A stretch of DNA of 32,000 bases. It comes from Methanococcus maripaludis. Lineage in GTDB: Archaea; AGJL01; Methanococci; Methanococcales; Methanococcaceae. Of the stretch, positions 10,019 through 19,260 are shown in pieces; the stretch's first letter is position 1; each line of letters opens with the position of its first letter. The stretch is taken from the NCBI RefSeq assembly GCF_002945325.1, contig NZ_CP026606.1:1440001-1472000 (forward strand). Reading direction: 5' to 3'. Made by a program: the position numbers and the translations under genes. A model generated the notes under the pieces. The model was not told the origin of the DNA. It worked only from the letters and a program-made list of their open reading frames with translations, and searched no databases.

Positions 10019-11068
10019 TTATTCCATTATCATTTTTTTGTTATTGTATTCGACTAAAACTGTTTCTTTTTTAGTTTCGCCATTTACTTCAACGCTGTCT
10101 TCGATTTTTCCAATTACAAATGCAGGAATGTTGTGGTGGTTTGATATTTCAATTATTTTTTCTGCATCTTCCTTTTCAACAATTACACAAAATCCAATGC
10201 CCATATTGAATGTTTTAAACATTTCTTCATCTGCTACATTTCCTAAATTCTGCATTTCTTTAAATATTGGAAGAATTTCGGGTAATTCATCGATTTTGTA
10301 ACATACTTCTTTGTTTAATCTTTTTAATTTTCTAAAACCGCCGCCAGTAATGTGTGCGAGTCCTTTTACATTCACTTGTTTAATCATTTCTAAAACTGGT
10401 TTCACGTAAATTTTTGTAGGGGTTAAAAGCTCTTCAGCAACTGTTTTTCCGTGTGATAATTTGCTGTTAACGTTGAGGTTTGCGATATCGAAAAATACTT
10501 TTCTTGCAAGTGATAAACCGTTACTGTGAATTCCACTGCTTCTTAAACCAACGATTAAATCACCAGGTTTTACTTCTTTTCCAGATACGATTTCATCTTT
10601 TTTAACAACTGCAAGAACAGTTCCTGCCAAATCTACTCCTTTAATCATGTTTGGAAGTGATGCAGTTTCTCCACCGATTAAATTGATGTTTGATTCTTTT
10701 ATTCCGTCATTCAATCCTTTTCCAATTTGTGATGCAATGTCTTCTGTGATATCTTCAACAGCCATGTAGTCAACGAGAGCAACTGGTTCTGCTCCAATAC
10801 AAATTGCATCGTTTACGTTCATTGCAATCATGTCAATTGGAACGGTGTCGAATTTGTTTGCCATTTCCGCAACAACCATTTTACTTCCAACACCATCAGT
10901 ACAGAGCACTAAATAATAATCTCCAAATTCAATAGCTCCTGCATAGTGTCCTTTTAAATCAGCAGGTTTTATTGCATCAGTTCGTTCAAATTTAATTTGT
11001 GAAGCAAGCGCCCTTATGACCTTGTCTTCTTTATAAATATCCACACCAGCGTCTTTGTAAGTTACCAA
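10019..11068 (-). CDS. purM: Phosphoribosylformylglycinamidine cyclo-ligase (AIR synthetase)
   Basis: TYKDAGVDIYKEDK, LCTDGVGSKMVVAE, MNVNDAICIGAEPVALVDY, and HITGGGFRKLKRL. TTG start after a ggtggt SD. Confidence 0.95.
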   Translation of the reverse strand: MVTYKDAGVDIYKEDKVIRALASQIKFERTDAIKPADLKGHYAGAIEFGDYYLVLCTDGVGSKMVVAEMANKFDTVPIDMIAMNVNDAICIGAEPVALVDYMAVEDITEDIASQIGKGLNDGIKESNINLIGGETASLPNMIKGVDLAGTVLAVVKKDEIVSGKEVKPGDLIVGLRSSGIHSNGLSLARKVFFDIANLNVNSKLSHGKTVAEELLTPTKIYVKPVLEMIKQVNVKGLAHITGGGFRKLKRLNKEVCYKIDELPEILPIFKEMQNLGNVADEEMFKTFNMGIGFCVIVEKEDAEKIIEISNHHNIPAFVIGKIEDSVEVNGETKKETVLVEYNNKKMIME

Positions 11069-11130
11069 AATACCACCTTAAAAATAAATGAATAAATGTT
11101 TTTCTCTATTGTAATCTGCCTTTATTAATT

Positions 11131-12030
11131 TTAAACTTTACTTATCTCTTTCCTTAAAAGAACGTTATCGCCTTCACATACTCCAACGTGTTCGGCAACA
11201 GGCTCACATTTTGCCTTTAAAATATAATAAACCGGAATTTTTTCAGAGTTTTGTCCGTGTTTTTCTTCATATTCGGTTAAACTTTCGTAATTTCCCATTC
11301 CTTTTGCAATAACAAAATCAGAACTGTTTAATTCATTTATGAATTCTTTTGAAGATTCTTCAAACCTTATTCCAATTGCATCAGTTCCGCTTGTAATTAC
11401 TTTTGTTACTTGGTCGATTCCTGCGGTTTTAACGTCTTCGAGTGTTGCATCGTTTAATATTGGACTTCCTTTAACCGAAACAACAACTTCAACATAATTT
11501 TTAAGTTCTTTTATTAATGGAAGATCAAAAACAATTTCTCCCGCATTGTCGCAAGTGTAAAATACTTTTTTTGAATTTTTAAGTTCATTTAATAATTCTT
11601 CACTAAAATCAATATCTAATTTTCCATCAAGTGTTGATTTTACCATATTTTCGATATTGACTCCTGTACTATACGGGCCAAAATCAATTACGTTTCCTGC
11701 AATTGCTAATTTTACTTTTTTCTGCAATCTTTCAAGTTCATCATCACTTTCAAGTAATTTTTCAACATCATTTAGGTATTTAAGAGCAAATTCGTTTGCA
11801 ACATCTTTTAAATTTTTGTAAGGGTCGCTATTTTTAGTCATTTCTTTTATGTATCTGTGAATTTCAGTACCCATAAATGATGGAACGGATGATTCACCAT
11901 ACATTTCGGAGATTTTTTCGAGTCCCCAACTTATAATTTTGAACTGTTCAGCTTTATCATCAGTTATTTCTTTTGCAACATCTACAACTTGCCGTGTAAT
12001 GCAGAGTGCGCATTCTGGTTTAATTCTCAA
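11131..12030 (-). CDS. DUF89 / ARMT1-like metal-dependent damage-control phosphatase family protein
   Basis: N-terminal PECALCITRQ, AIAGNVIDFGPYS, TCDNAGEIVFDLPLIKEL, and ISKGMGNYESL. TTG start. Confidence 0.8.
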   Translation of the reverse strand: MRIKPECALCITRQVVDVAKEITDDKAEQFKIISWGLEKISEMYGESSVPSFMGTEIHRYIKEMTKNSDPYKNLKDVANEFALKYLNDVEKLLESDDELERLQKKVKLAIAGNVIDFGPYSTGVNIENMVKSTLDGKLDIDFSEELLNELKNSKKVFYTCDNAGEIVFDLPLIKELKNYVEVVVSVKGSPILNDATLEDVKTAGIDQVTKVITSGTDAIGIRFEESSKEFINELNSSDFVIAKGMGNYESLTEYEEKHGQNSEKIPVYYILKAKCEPVAEHVGVCEGDNVLLRKEISKV

Positions 12031-12150
12031 AAGTCATCACCGGTAATGTAATAATCAAATTTGAAAAATAATAGTAAATATCACTATAAAAAATAAATGC
12101 CATTAAAAAAATAAAAATATAAAAAAAGTTAGTAATTTTTCAGTTATTAT

Positions 12151-12990
12151 CTATTTTTTGTAAATGCACTTTACAATATCTTTTTCAGTAATTAATCCAA
12201 TGAGTTTTTCCCCATCAACTACAGGGAGTACCCCAATATTTAATTCGTTCATCTTTTTAATTGCATCAATTAATTTAATATCCGAAGTTACTGAAACAAT
12301 ATCTGTTTTCATAATGTCCTGTATTCTTACGTTCGTAATTTCTCGAATATTTCCTGTTTTCATGTGGTTAAATGCCCAGTCACTTCCAAATAATTTTACA
12401 AAGTCCGTTGAAGTGATTATACCAACTAATTTTTCTTCAGAAACCACGGGAAGTCTTCTAAATCCATTTCTAAGCATTGTTCGTGCAACATCCTTTAATC
12501 TTTCCCCAGGTGTTGCAGATACTACGTTTTCAGTCATGCAGTCTTTTACAAGAAGCTTTTCGTCAACCTGGTCTTTTAAATATTTTATAACGTCCCTTTC
12601 GTTAATGGTGGTAATTAAAACGCCTGATTTATCAATTACGGGCATTCCACCAATTTTTTTTTCAACATATAAATCAATTACTTCATTTAATTCTGCATTC
12701 TCCTTTATTAATACCACATTGTCGGTCATTATTTCTTTCACAGGCTCGTTGATAGCAGAAAGCATGTTGTGATTGTGTTTGAACTTTACGAGGTTATATT
12801 TAGAGCCTCCTCCGAGAAAGTCCACAATATCCATGTTCGTCAAAATTCCTTCTACCCTTCCAGTTCCCGGATCTGCAACACATATCCTTCTGACGTTTTC
12901 TTTATCCATCATTGTGAGTGCTTCAATAATTTTTGTTGTAGGGTATACTTTTTCGACTTTTTTTTCGCCGACAATGGTTTTTATTTTCAA
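12151..12990 (-). CDS. Protein with four CBS domains
   Basis: Repeated CBS units (ENVRRICVADPGTGRVEGILTNMDIVDF; KIGGMPVIDKSGVLITTINERDVIKY; GFRRLPVVSEEKLVGIITSTDFVKLF; NIGVLPVVDGEKLIGLITEKDIVKCI). Likely TTG start at 12990 after SD gaggg. Confidence 0.85.
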   Translation of the reverse strand: MKIKTIVGEKKVEKVYPTTKIIEALTMMDKENVRRICVADPGTGRVEGILTNMDIVDFLGGGSKYNLVKFKHNHNMLSAINEPVKEIMTDNVVLIKENAELNEVIDLYVEKKIGGMPVIDKSGVLITTINERDVIKYLKDQVDEKLLVKDCMTENVVSATPGERLKDVARTMLRNGFRRLPVVSEEKLVGIITSTDFVKLFGSDWAFNHMKTGNIREITNVRIQDIMKTDIVSVTSDIKLIDAIKKMNELNIGVLPVVDGEKLIGLITEKDIVKCIYKK

Positions 12991-13012
12991 AATATCCCTC
13001 TTTTTTAGATAA

Positions 13013-13573
13013 TTACTCTTCTTCGCCTTCAGAATCTTCATTGCAGTTTTTACAGATGTATCTTCCGTTGATGTAATTTACACTGTCTGTACTTCCGCAA
13101 ATTTCACAAATCCCTTCAATTTCCTCATTTTTCGAGTACGGGTATTCTGAATTATGAATCTCGTTTGTTTCGACCATAATGTTGAAAAGTTCAGGAGATA
13201 GTTTTGTAATGTCGCTTACTGTAACTATTCCAAGTAACTCATCACCATCGATTACAGGGAGTCTTTTTACATTTTCCGCGTCCATTTTTCTAGCTGCATC
13301 CATCAGCGTAGATTTTGGAGCAATTGCTATTAATTTTGAAGAGGAAATTTCTTCAACAATTACTTCTTTTGATTTTAAATTCCTTGAAACAACTCCGAGT
13401 GCTAAATCCCTTTCTGTTATGATACCTACCGGTTTTCCAGCATCGTTTAACACTACTAAACATCCGATTCCTTTGTCTTTAAGGATATTTGCCACGTCGT
13501 AAGCTGTGGTATCCAATGTTACAGTGGCTACCGGAGTACTCATGGCTTCAGTTACTGAAAGCTCCAGGTTCAT
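13013..13573 (-). CDS. Paired CBS-domain protein with C-terminal zinc ribbon
   Basis: Two CBS motifs (KGIGCLVVLNDAGKPVGIITERDLALG; VKRLPVIDGDELLGIVTVSDITKL) and a C-terminal CEICGS...YICKNC. SD ggtga before ATG. Confidence 0.85.
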   Translation of the reverse strand: MNLELSVTEAMSTPVATVTLDTTAYDVANILKDKGIGCLVVLNDAGKPVGIITERDLALGVVSRNLKSKEVIVEEISSSKLIAIAPKSTLMDAARKMDAENVKRLPVIDGDELLGIVTVSDITKLSPELFNIMVETNEIHNSEYPYSKNEEIEGICEICGSTDSVNYINGRYICKNCNEDSEGEEE

Positions 13574-13663
13574 GTTATCACCAGGTTTAGAAAATAATCA
13601 TGCTAAAAGTGTGCAAATTATAATTTATATAAATTTTTATTTGATTTTACGCCTTTTACACTA

Positions 13664-14167
13664 TTATTTCAAGTGTAGGGTGTATCTTGCACCCTGTCCA
13701 ATTCCTTCATTTACTGTAGTTTCAATCCATTCGATCGACTTTTCAAGATCCATTTTTTGAAGCTTATCTTCAATATAGTTCGTAAAGTAAATGGATAGGT
13801 CTTCTGCAGTAGTTGATTTTAAAGGGAGTAAATTAATGTCCTCTACGGGAAACATGTATTTTTTTACATTTCCCGATTTTTCAACGTATTCTAAGTAGAT
13901 TGAATCTCCTTCCATTGAATATTCCATATTTTCATGGTCTCTTGGAACAAGCAGTTTATGGTCGAGTTCACTGCAAAGTTCTTTTACAATCTGTTTTAAT
14001 ATTTTAAAATCACAGACAAATCCAAATTCTCCTGATGGCTCCCCAGAGAGTTTTACGTCTACATAATAAGAGTGGCCGTGAATTACTCCGCAGCTGTCAT
14101 GTCCAAATACAATGTGTGCTGCTGAAAATCGGAGCCCTGCATAAATTCCGTTTAATTCTAAAATCAT
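13664..14167 (-). CDS. 6-pyruvoyl-tetrahydropterin synthase / QueD (COG0720) family protein
   Basis: FSAAHIVFGHDSCGVIHGHSYYVDV (zinc histidines and the CxxxHGH motif), FVCDFKILKQIV, and LDHKLLVP. ATG at 14167 follows ggagg; the track start at 14227 has no such context. Confidence 0.8.
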   Translation of the reverse strand: MILELNGIYAGLRFSAAHIVFGHDSCGVIHGHSYYVDVKLSGEPSGEFGFVCDFKILKQIVKELCSELDHKLLVPRDHENMEYSMEGDSIYLEYVEKSGNVKKYMFPVEDINLLPLKSTTAEDLSIYFTNYIEDKLQKMDLEKSIEWIETTVNEGIGQGARYTLHLK

Positions 14168-14259
14168 AGTAGTCCTCCTTATTCTATAATTGATACTATA
14201 CATATAGGAGTATAAAAAATAATTCAAAATAGCATTAATTTCAAAAATTAAAAAAAGTA

Positions 14260-15078
14260 TTAAATTAAGTTTTTATTGTTTTCAATTGCTGCGTAAAGCT
14301 GTCCTTTTGGTTTTGTGTTTACGTAGTCTCCGCTGAATTTTATAAATGTTCCTTTCAACTGAGTTCCAGCATCTTTTTTAGATAATTTAACGAGTGGATC
14401 TTCAACTATTCCTTCGAATTTAAATGATGGAAGCGGTTCTAAGATTTTACCGTAAACTACGATAGCACCTTTCATCATTTCTCCACCAGCTCTTCCTTCA
14501 ATATCTCCTTCGATGATAATCATACCGCCGTTTTGGTGAATTCCAGGCATTATTTTTGTGTTACCTTTAATAACAATCGTTCCACCTTTCAGGTACTCTC
14601 CAAGTTCGGATCCAGCATTACCAGTAATGGTAATTTTTCCACCGCTCATTCCTCTCCAGTCGCCCCTGTATGCAGAACCTACGTAGTTTTCAGCGTTTCC
14701 GTTGATGATGATTTCTCCGCCTTTAAGGTTTTGACCTACCCAGCTTTCAGCATCACCATTTACAGTAATTTTTCCGCCTTTCATTTCGACTCCAACGTAC
14801 ATTCCAGCGTCCCCGTTTACAACGATTTCGCCGGATGTCATTTTTTCGCCGATTCTTTTAACTTTTTTACAGCAATTGTTAATTGTTACTTTTGAAACAG
14901 GGCTTTCTTTGAGTTCAACGTCAAAGATTTCGCTTACTTTAGCAGTTTTGTTTCCCTGTATTAATTCAATTCCAGAAATTTCTTCTAAACTCATTTCTTG
15001 AATTTTTTCAGGAATTATTTTGTCCATTTCAACAGGGACTGATACATCGCCCTTCAAATTAAGAATTAATTCATTCAT
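14260..15078 (-). CDS. fwdC: Formylmethanofuran dehydrogenase subunit C
   Basis: Glycine-rich GXGXG beta-helix repeats (GEIIINGNAENYVGSAYRGDWRGMSGGKITITGNAGSELGEYLKGG). Sits in the fwd gene cluster. Confidence 0.93.
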   Translation of the reverse strand: MNELILNLKGDVSVPVEMDKIIPEKIQEMSLEEISGIELIQGNKTAKVSEIFDVELKESPVSKVTINNCCKKVKRIGEKMTSGEIVVNGDAGMYVGVEMKGGKITVNGDAESWVGQNLKGGEIIINGNAENYVGSAYRGDWRGMSGGKITITGNAGSELGEYLKGGTIVIKGNTKIMPGIHQNGGMIIIEGDIEGRAGGEMMKGAIVVYGKILEPLPSFKFEGIVEDPLVKLSKKDAGTQLKGTFIKFSGDYVNTKPKGQLYAAIENNKNLI

Positions 15079-15111
15079 AATTTCACCTTAAAAAGATTAA
15101 ATAAGATTTCC

Positions 15112-16815
15112 TTATTGTATTTCCGTAGCATCAATGTTTATTGGCATCCAGCTGTTTGCGTAAGCATCTTGAACTGGGTAGTTTTCCATATTTACGGAAT
15201 AGAGTTTTTTAAACTTCATGTTGAGGTCTTTTAAAAGTTCTGCTTCTAAACTCTCGTTTATCTCTGCATTTACAAAGATTGTATCTCCGTAAACTTCTTT
15301 TACAACATTTCCGTTCTTTACAACTACATCGCCGTCTTTTAAAACATAAGCTGCTTCGAGGAATGCTTTTTCTATCTTTTTACCTGATTTTTCTTCAGGG
15401 TCGATGTCGTATATTGAAATGTCTGCTTTAGCACCAACGCCCAAATGGCCTCTGTCGCCGCTTAAACCAAGTACTTTTGATGAGTTTGCTCTTGTTATCT
15501 GTGCAATGTCATACATTGAGTATTCTCTGTCGGTTTCAGTTATATGGCTTTTTTCTGCAGCCCATTTGTGAACCCTATTTTGAATCCAGTCATCTCTGTA
15601 TTCTTTGCTAAGTAACCAAGCGATAACTCTCGGGTATCTTATGAATGGTCCTGCATTAGGGTGGTCAGTTGTTAAAATCAATTTTTCAGGGTTTGTATAG
15701 AGGAAAATGTCTAAACCAATAGCCCACTGGAGGGAATAAACTGGTCCTTTTGGTGAGTAGATAAATGGAACAACACCTGAACCGGTTTCAAGTTCAACGT
15801 CACAGTTTGCCCATTTAAGGCCATTTGTCATGTGAAGATCGTATTCCATTGGTCCGTCAGCAGTCATGGTTGTAGTTTCATCAAGTGTAACTTGACCAAC
15901 ATCAATCATTACGTGTTTGTGTTTGTTCACGTAATCTGCAGTTTCTACTCCTTTACTTACACAGTCTTTCCATGAAGTTCCACCGTATGAGTGGAATTGG
16001 AGGTGCGTGTTATAGTAAACAGTATCTCTGTCGCCGAATTTTGGTTTAGCTTTGATATCTTTTACACAGTCCATTGTATCAATGGTGGTTTCCCAGTTTC
16101 CTGGGTGACCGAGGTTATTTGGGTGTACGTGAACGGAATGAGGTAACCCGAGCATTTCGTTTACTTTTGTAAGTCCTGTTACGATTTCTCTTGGTGTAAT
16201 TCCAAAGTATGGGACTTCGTCATCTAACCCGTGTACGTTTTTACCCCAACCCCAAGCTTCTGTTCCGCCAGGGTTTACGATTTTTATTGCAAATCCTTTT
16301 GTTACTCTTAAAAGCCATGCAACGTATGCAGCACACATACTCAAATCGCCGTTTTTCAAGTACTCAAGTACCATCCAGCTGTTACCAAATAATGGCATTG
16401 CAGCTTTGTCAATTTGTGGTAAATCCATAAATTCTTCGTGTGTGTGTCTTGCAACAAGCGGAGGCATAGCTGCTTCGATAACTGTTGTGTAACCCATACC
16501 TGAGTATTGGTAACCTGTTTTGAATGTCGAAGGTATTGAAAATCCTGATCCTTGTCTCAATCCTTCTTTTGAAAATAGATCTTTTTTACTGTCTTCAGGT
16601 CTTAATGTCCTTCCAGTATTTACTTTAGCTCCTGCAATGTGGCTGTGTGAATCAACACCGCCTGCCATTACTACTTTATTATTTGCATCAATTTCTAAAG
16701 CATTTTTTGATACAGATTCTACGATTTTTCCGTCTTTCACGCAGATATCCATCTTTTCTCCGTTGACCTTGTTTAATGGGTCAAAGACGGTACCATTTCT
16801 TATGATATATTCCAT
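15112..16815 (-). CDS. fwdA: Formylmethanofuran dehydrogenase subunit A (amidohydrolase fold)
   Basis: MEYIIRNGTVFDPLNKVNGEKMDICVKDGKIV, VDSHSHIAG, PHSVHVHPNNLGHPGN, and TTDHPNAGPFIRYPRVIAWL. ATG at 16815 preceded by ggtga. Confidence 0.95.
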   Translation of the reverse strand: MEYIIRNGTVFDPLNKVNGEKMDICVKDGKIVESVSKNALEIDANNKVVMAGGVDSHSHIAGAKVNTGRTLRPEDSKKDLFSKEGLRQGSGFSIPSTFKTGYQYSGMGYTTVIEAAMPPLVARHTHEEFMDLPQIDKAAMPLFGNSWMVLEYLKNGDLSMCAAYVAWLLRVTKGFAIKIVNPGGTEAWGWGKNVHGLDDEVPYFGITPREIVTGLTKVNEMLGLPHSVHVHPNNLGHPGNWETTIDTMDCVKDIKAKPKFGDRDTVYYNTHLQFHSYGGTSWKDCVSKGVETADYVNKHKHVMIDVGQVTLDETTTMTADGPMEYDLHMTNGLKWANCDVELETGSGVVPFIYSPKGPVYSLQWAIGLDIFLYTNPEKLILTTDHPNAGPFIRYPRVIAWLLSKEYRDDWIQNRVHKWAAEKSHITETDREYSMYDIAQITRANSSKVLGLSGDRGHLGVGAKADISIYDIDPEEKSGKKIEKAFLEAAYVLKDGDVVVKNGNVVKEVYGDTIFVNAEINESLEAELLKDLNMKFKKLYSVNMENYPVQDAYANSWMPINIDATEIQ

Positions 16816-16837
16816 GAGATCACCCAAAATATTCCAG

Positions 16838-17224
16838 TTATTCAATGTATGCTTTTCTCATTAAATCAGACATTAAAAGTACTTCTTCGTCAGTTTTTTC
16901 AACTTCTACTTCAAGAGGCCCTTTGAAAGAAGGCATTGCAGTACTTTCAGTATCTGGTAAAACAACTCTGTTTGCCCAAGGTCCCATTGGGATAAATATC
17001 ATTCCAAGAGGCGCTGGCTGGTCAGTTGTAATTGCATTTACTGCAACATCACCGTATTCTGAAATTACTTTTATTGCATCGCCATCTTTAACGCCCAATG
17101 CATCCATGTCTTCTGGGTTCATGTAGCAGACTGCTGCAGCTTTTCTGTACATTTCAAGGTTCTTTCCAGCTTCAATGGCTTCGCCTTGCCAGATGGTTCG
17201 TCCCGTATTTAGCATAAATTTCAT
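16838..17224 (-). CDS. fwdD: Formylmethanofuran dehydrogenase subunit D (molybdopterin dinucleotide-binding domain)
   Basis: MLNTGRTIWQGEAIEAGK, AVCYMNPEDMDALGVKDGDAIKV, PLGMIFIPMGPWANRVV. SD ggtgat before ATG. Confidence 0.93.
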   Translation of the reverse strand: MKFMLNTGRTIWQGEAIEAGKNLEMYRKAAAVCYMNPEDMDALGVKDGDAIKVISEYGDVAVNAITTDQPAPLGMIFIPMGPWANRVVLPDTESTAMPSFKGPLEVEVEKTDEEVLLMSDLMRKAYIE

Positions 17225-17264
17225 AATATCACCAACAATAGATAAGATATGCTTAAAATCTTAG

Positions 17265-17517
17265 TTATTTTACAATAACTAATTTAATGGCATCAACAGG
17301 GCATGCTTCAATACATGCACCGCATCCACCGCATAAGTCCCCGTTTACGATGGATACAACACCATTTTCTACTCTCATAATTAATTTTTCATCACTGCTT
17401 GGTCCTTTGCCACCATATACATCAGGATCTTGTGCGTTTACAGGGCATGCAACAACACAGTTTCCGCATCCGTGACATTTTTCAGGATATACTTCGAGTT
17501 TGTACATTAAATCACCT
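17265..17517 (-). CDS. fwdG: Formylmethanofuran dehydrogenase subunit G, 2[4Fe-4S] ferredoxin
   Basis: Two CxxCxxCxxxCP motifs (CHGCGNCVVACP, CGGCGACIEACP). Located between fwdD and fwdF. ATG at 17517 after ggtga. Confidence 0.88.
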
Positions 17518-17529
17518 ATAATATTCAAA

Positions 17530-18588
17530 TTATTTCATTAATTTTGAGAAAGCTTTTTTCCATGCAGGTGCATTTGCTTCGGTCATATTTATTTTTGTTC
17601 TTTTAACTGTTAATGCATCAACAGGGCATGAATGCGTACATGCACCACATAAAATACATACATCCTGATTAACTACAACATTAGGTACTTTGTCTCCCTG
17701 TTTTTCAGGTTGAGGGAATACAAGTGCGTTACATGGACAAACTGAAATACATGCACCACAAGCGTTACATGCAGGCTCATCGATGATTAATTCTCCTTCA
17801 AATGGTTTTTCAACTTCTATTGCGTCAGCAGGACAGATGTTTGCACACCATCCACAGGATACACAGAGGTCTTTGTCGATGTTTGTTTGTCCTTTGATTT
17901 CGCCGTAGAGTTCTGGCTTTTTAATTTTGCTTGCAAGTGGACATTTGTAACAAATTGCTTCAATTGCATTGTGCGGACATGCTTTTTCACATACTTTACA
18001 GTACACACAAGCGTCTAAGTCTATTTTAATATCTGCAATTGGATTTAAGCTTAAAGCGTTCATGTCGTTTGGAATTAATTCAATTGCATCAGCAGGACAG
18101 TATTCAGCACAAATTCCACATAAAACACAATCATCTTTTTTAATTGTGATTTCTCCTAATACTAAGGATTTTCTTTCAGGAACTTCTCTTTCAACGTCAA
18201 TAGCACATTGAGGGCATACTAATTCACACTGTTCACATAAAACACATTTGGATTGATTTAATTCAATTCCTCTTTTGATTTTAGGGTACTGTGGCATTTC
18301 AGTGATTGGTTTGTCGTTAATGCTTAATTTAACAGCATCGAATGGACATGCACATGCACACATACCGCACAAAACACATTTTTCTGAGATGTCTAATTTT
18401 GGAGCATCAATGTCCCCTTTAAAAATAGCACCTAATGGCCCCATTTCTATAGCGCTTGTAGGACAGATTTCGCTACAAATACCGCAACCAACGCAGGTAC
18501 AGTCGTCCCATTTCAAGACTCTTTTTTCAACGCCAGATCTTGAAATTTCAATGACGCCATCATTTTCGTCTTTTTTGAAGTTTTTCAT
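17530..18588 (-). CDS. fwdF: Polyferredoxin subunit F of formylmethanofuran dehydrogenase
   Basis: Eight CxxCxxCxxxCP motifs counted by eye, consistent with an octa-[4Fe-4S] polyferredoxin. Confidence 0.9.
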   Translation of the reverse strand: MKNFKKDENDGVIEISRSGVEKRVLKWDDCTCVGCGICSEICPTSAIEMGPLGAIFKGDIDAPKLDISEKCVLCGMCACACPFDAVKLSINDKPITEMPQYPKIKRGIELNQSKCVLCEQCELVCPQCAIDVEREVPERKSLVLGEITIKKDDCVLCGICAEYCPADAIELIPNDMNALSLNPIADIKIDLDACVYCKVCEKACPHNAIEAICYKCPLASKIKKPELYGEIKGQTNIDKDLCVSCGWCANICPADAIEVEKPFEGELIIDEPACNACGACISVCPCNALVFPQPEKQGDKVPNVVVNQDVCILCGACTHSCPVDALTVKRTKINMTEANAPAWKKAFSKLMK

Positions 18589-18610
18589 TGTACTTCCTCC
18601 CTAATTTCGA

Positions 18611-19057
18611 TTATTTGACTATTTTCAAAGCACCAACAGGACATTCGGAAACGCATTTGCAACAGAGAATACACTTTTCCCTGTCTATTGATATGCCAAT
18701 GTCTTCGGAATATACCGAAATTGCCCCGTATTCGCATTCAAGGCATTTGCCACATGCGATACACTTTTCCATGTCAATACTTATTGTTATATTGTATATC
18801 CGTTCTATTAACTTTTTAGTAATCTGCTTGTTGTCACCAAGCGAAGTAATTAATGGAATGCCGTGTTCTTTGGGTAAAGATATAATCTCTTCAGAGACTC
18901 TCATGACCTTATCTGATGGATATCTGCCGTGTAAGTAGTGGGAGATGATTGAACGATCCATTTCTAGAAACTCTGCTATTTCTCTTTGAAGTTTCCCTTC
19001 TTTTCGCATATTTATTGCGACTACTGCTTTGATCCCGGATAGTATATGTTCTGGCAT
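18611..19057 (-). CDS. Helix-turn-helix domain fused to a two-cluster ferredoxin domain; first gene of the fwd operon (may be annotated fwdE in related genomes)
   Basis: HTH segment LQREIAEFLEMDRSIISHYLHGRYPSDKVM, then CIACGKCLECEYGAI and CILCCKCVSECPVGAL. Directly upstream of and co-directional with fwdF. Confidence 0.85.
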   Translation of the reverse strand: MPEHILSGIKAVVAINMRKEGKLQREIAEFLEMDRSIISHYLHGRYPSDKVMRVSEEIISLPKEHGIPLITSLGDNKQITKKLIERIYNITISIDMEKCIACGKCLECEYGAISVYSEDIGISIDREKCILCCKCVSECPVGALKIVK

Positions 19058-19148
19058 AATTTCATCTCATGTGAGTCATATACAACATACACCTCATTTC
19101 TATATATATGATTCTTCTAAATTCAAATGATAAGTTATATATACAGAT

Positions 19149-19163
19149 GTTAGGTTTGCTAAC
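19149..19163. promoter_or_regulatory. Short inverted repeat GTTAG-GTTTG-CTAAC in the divergent fwd / ThiF-like intergenic region, candidate operator
   Basis: Perfect 5-bp arms, next to TATA-like ttatata (about 19137-19143) and flanked by GATAA (19131) and TTATC (19165). Confidence 0.35.
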
Positions 19164-19260
19164 GTTATCTTTATATTAATAAAGGATAATTATATTTTAA
19201 ATTGAAAAATTTAATTGAAAAATGTCAATTTTAAATAAATATATTATTTGTGTGGTTTTT

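Noticed and set aside
12164-12772. Long 202-aa plus-strand ORF antisense to the four-CBS gene
   Set aside because: Composition looks like a reverse complement of coding repeats, no SD, and the minus strand has four clear CBS motifs.
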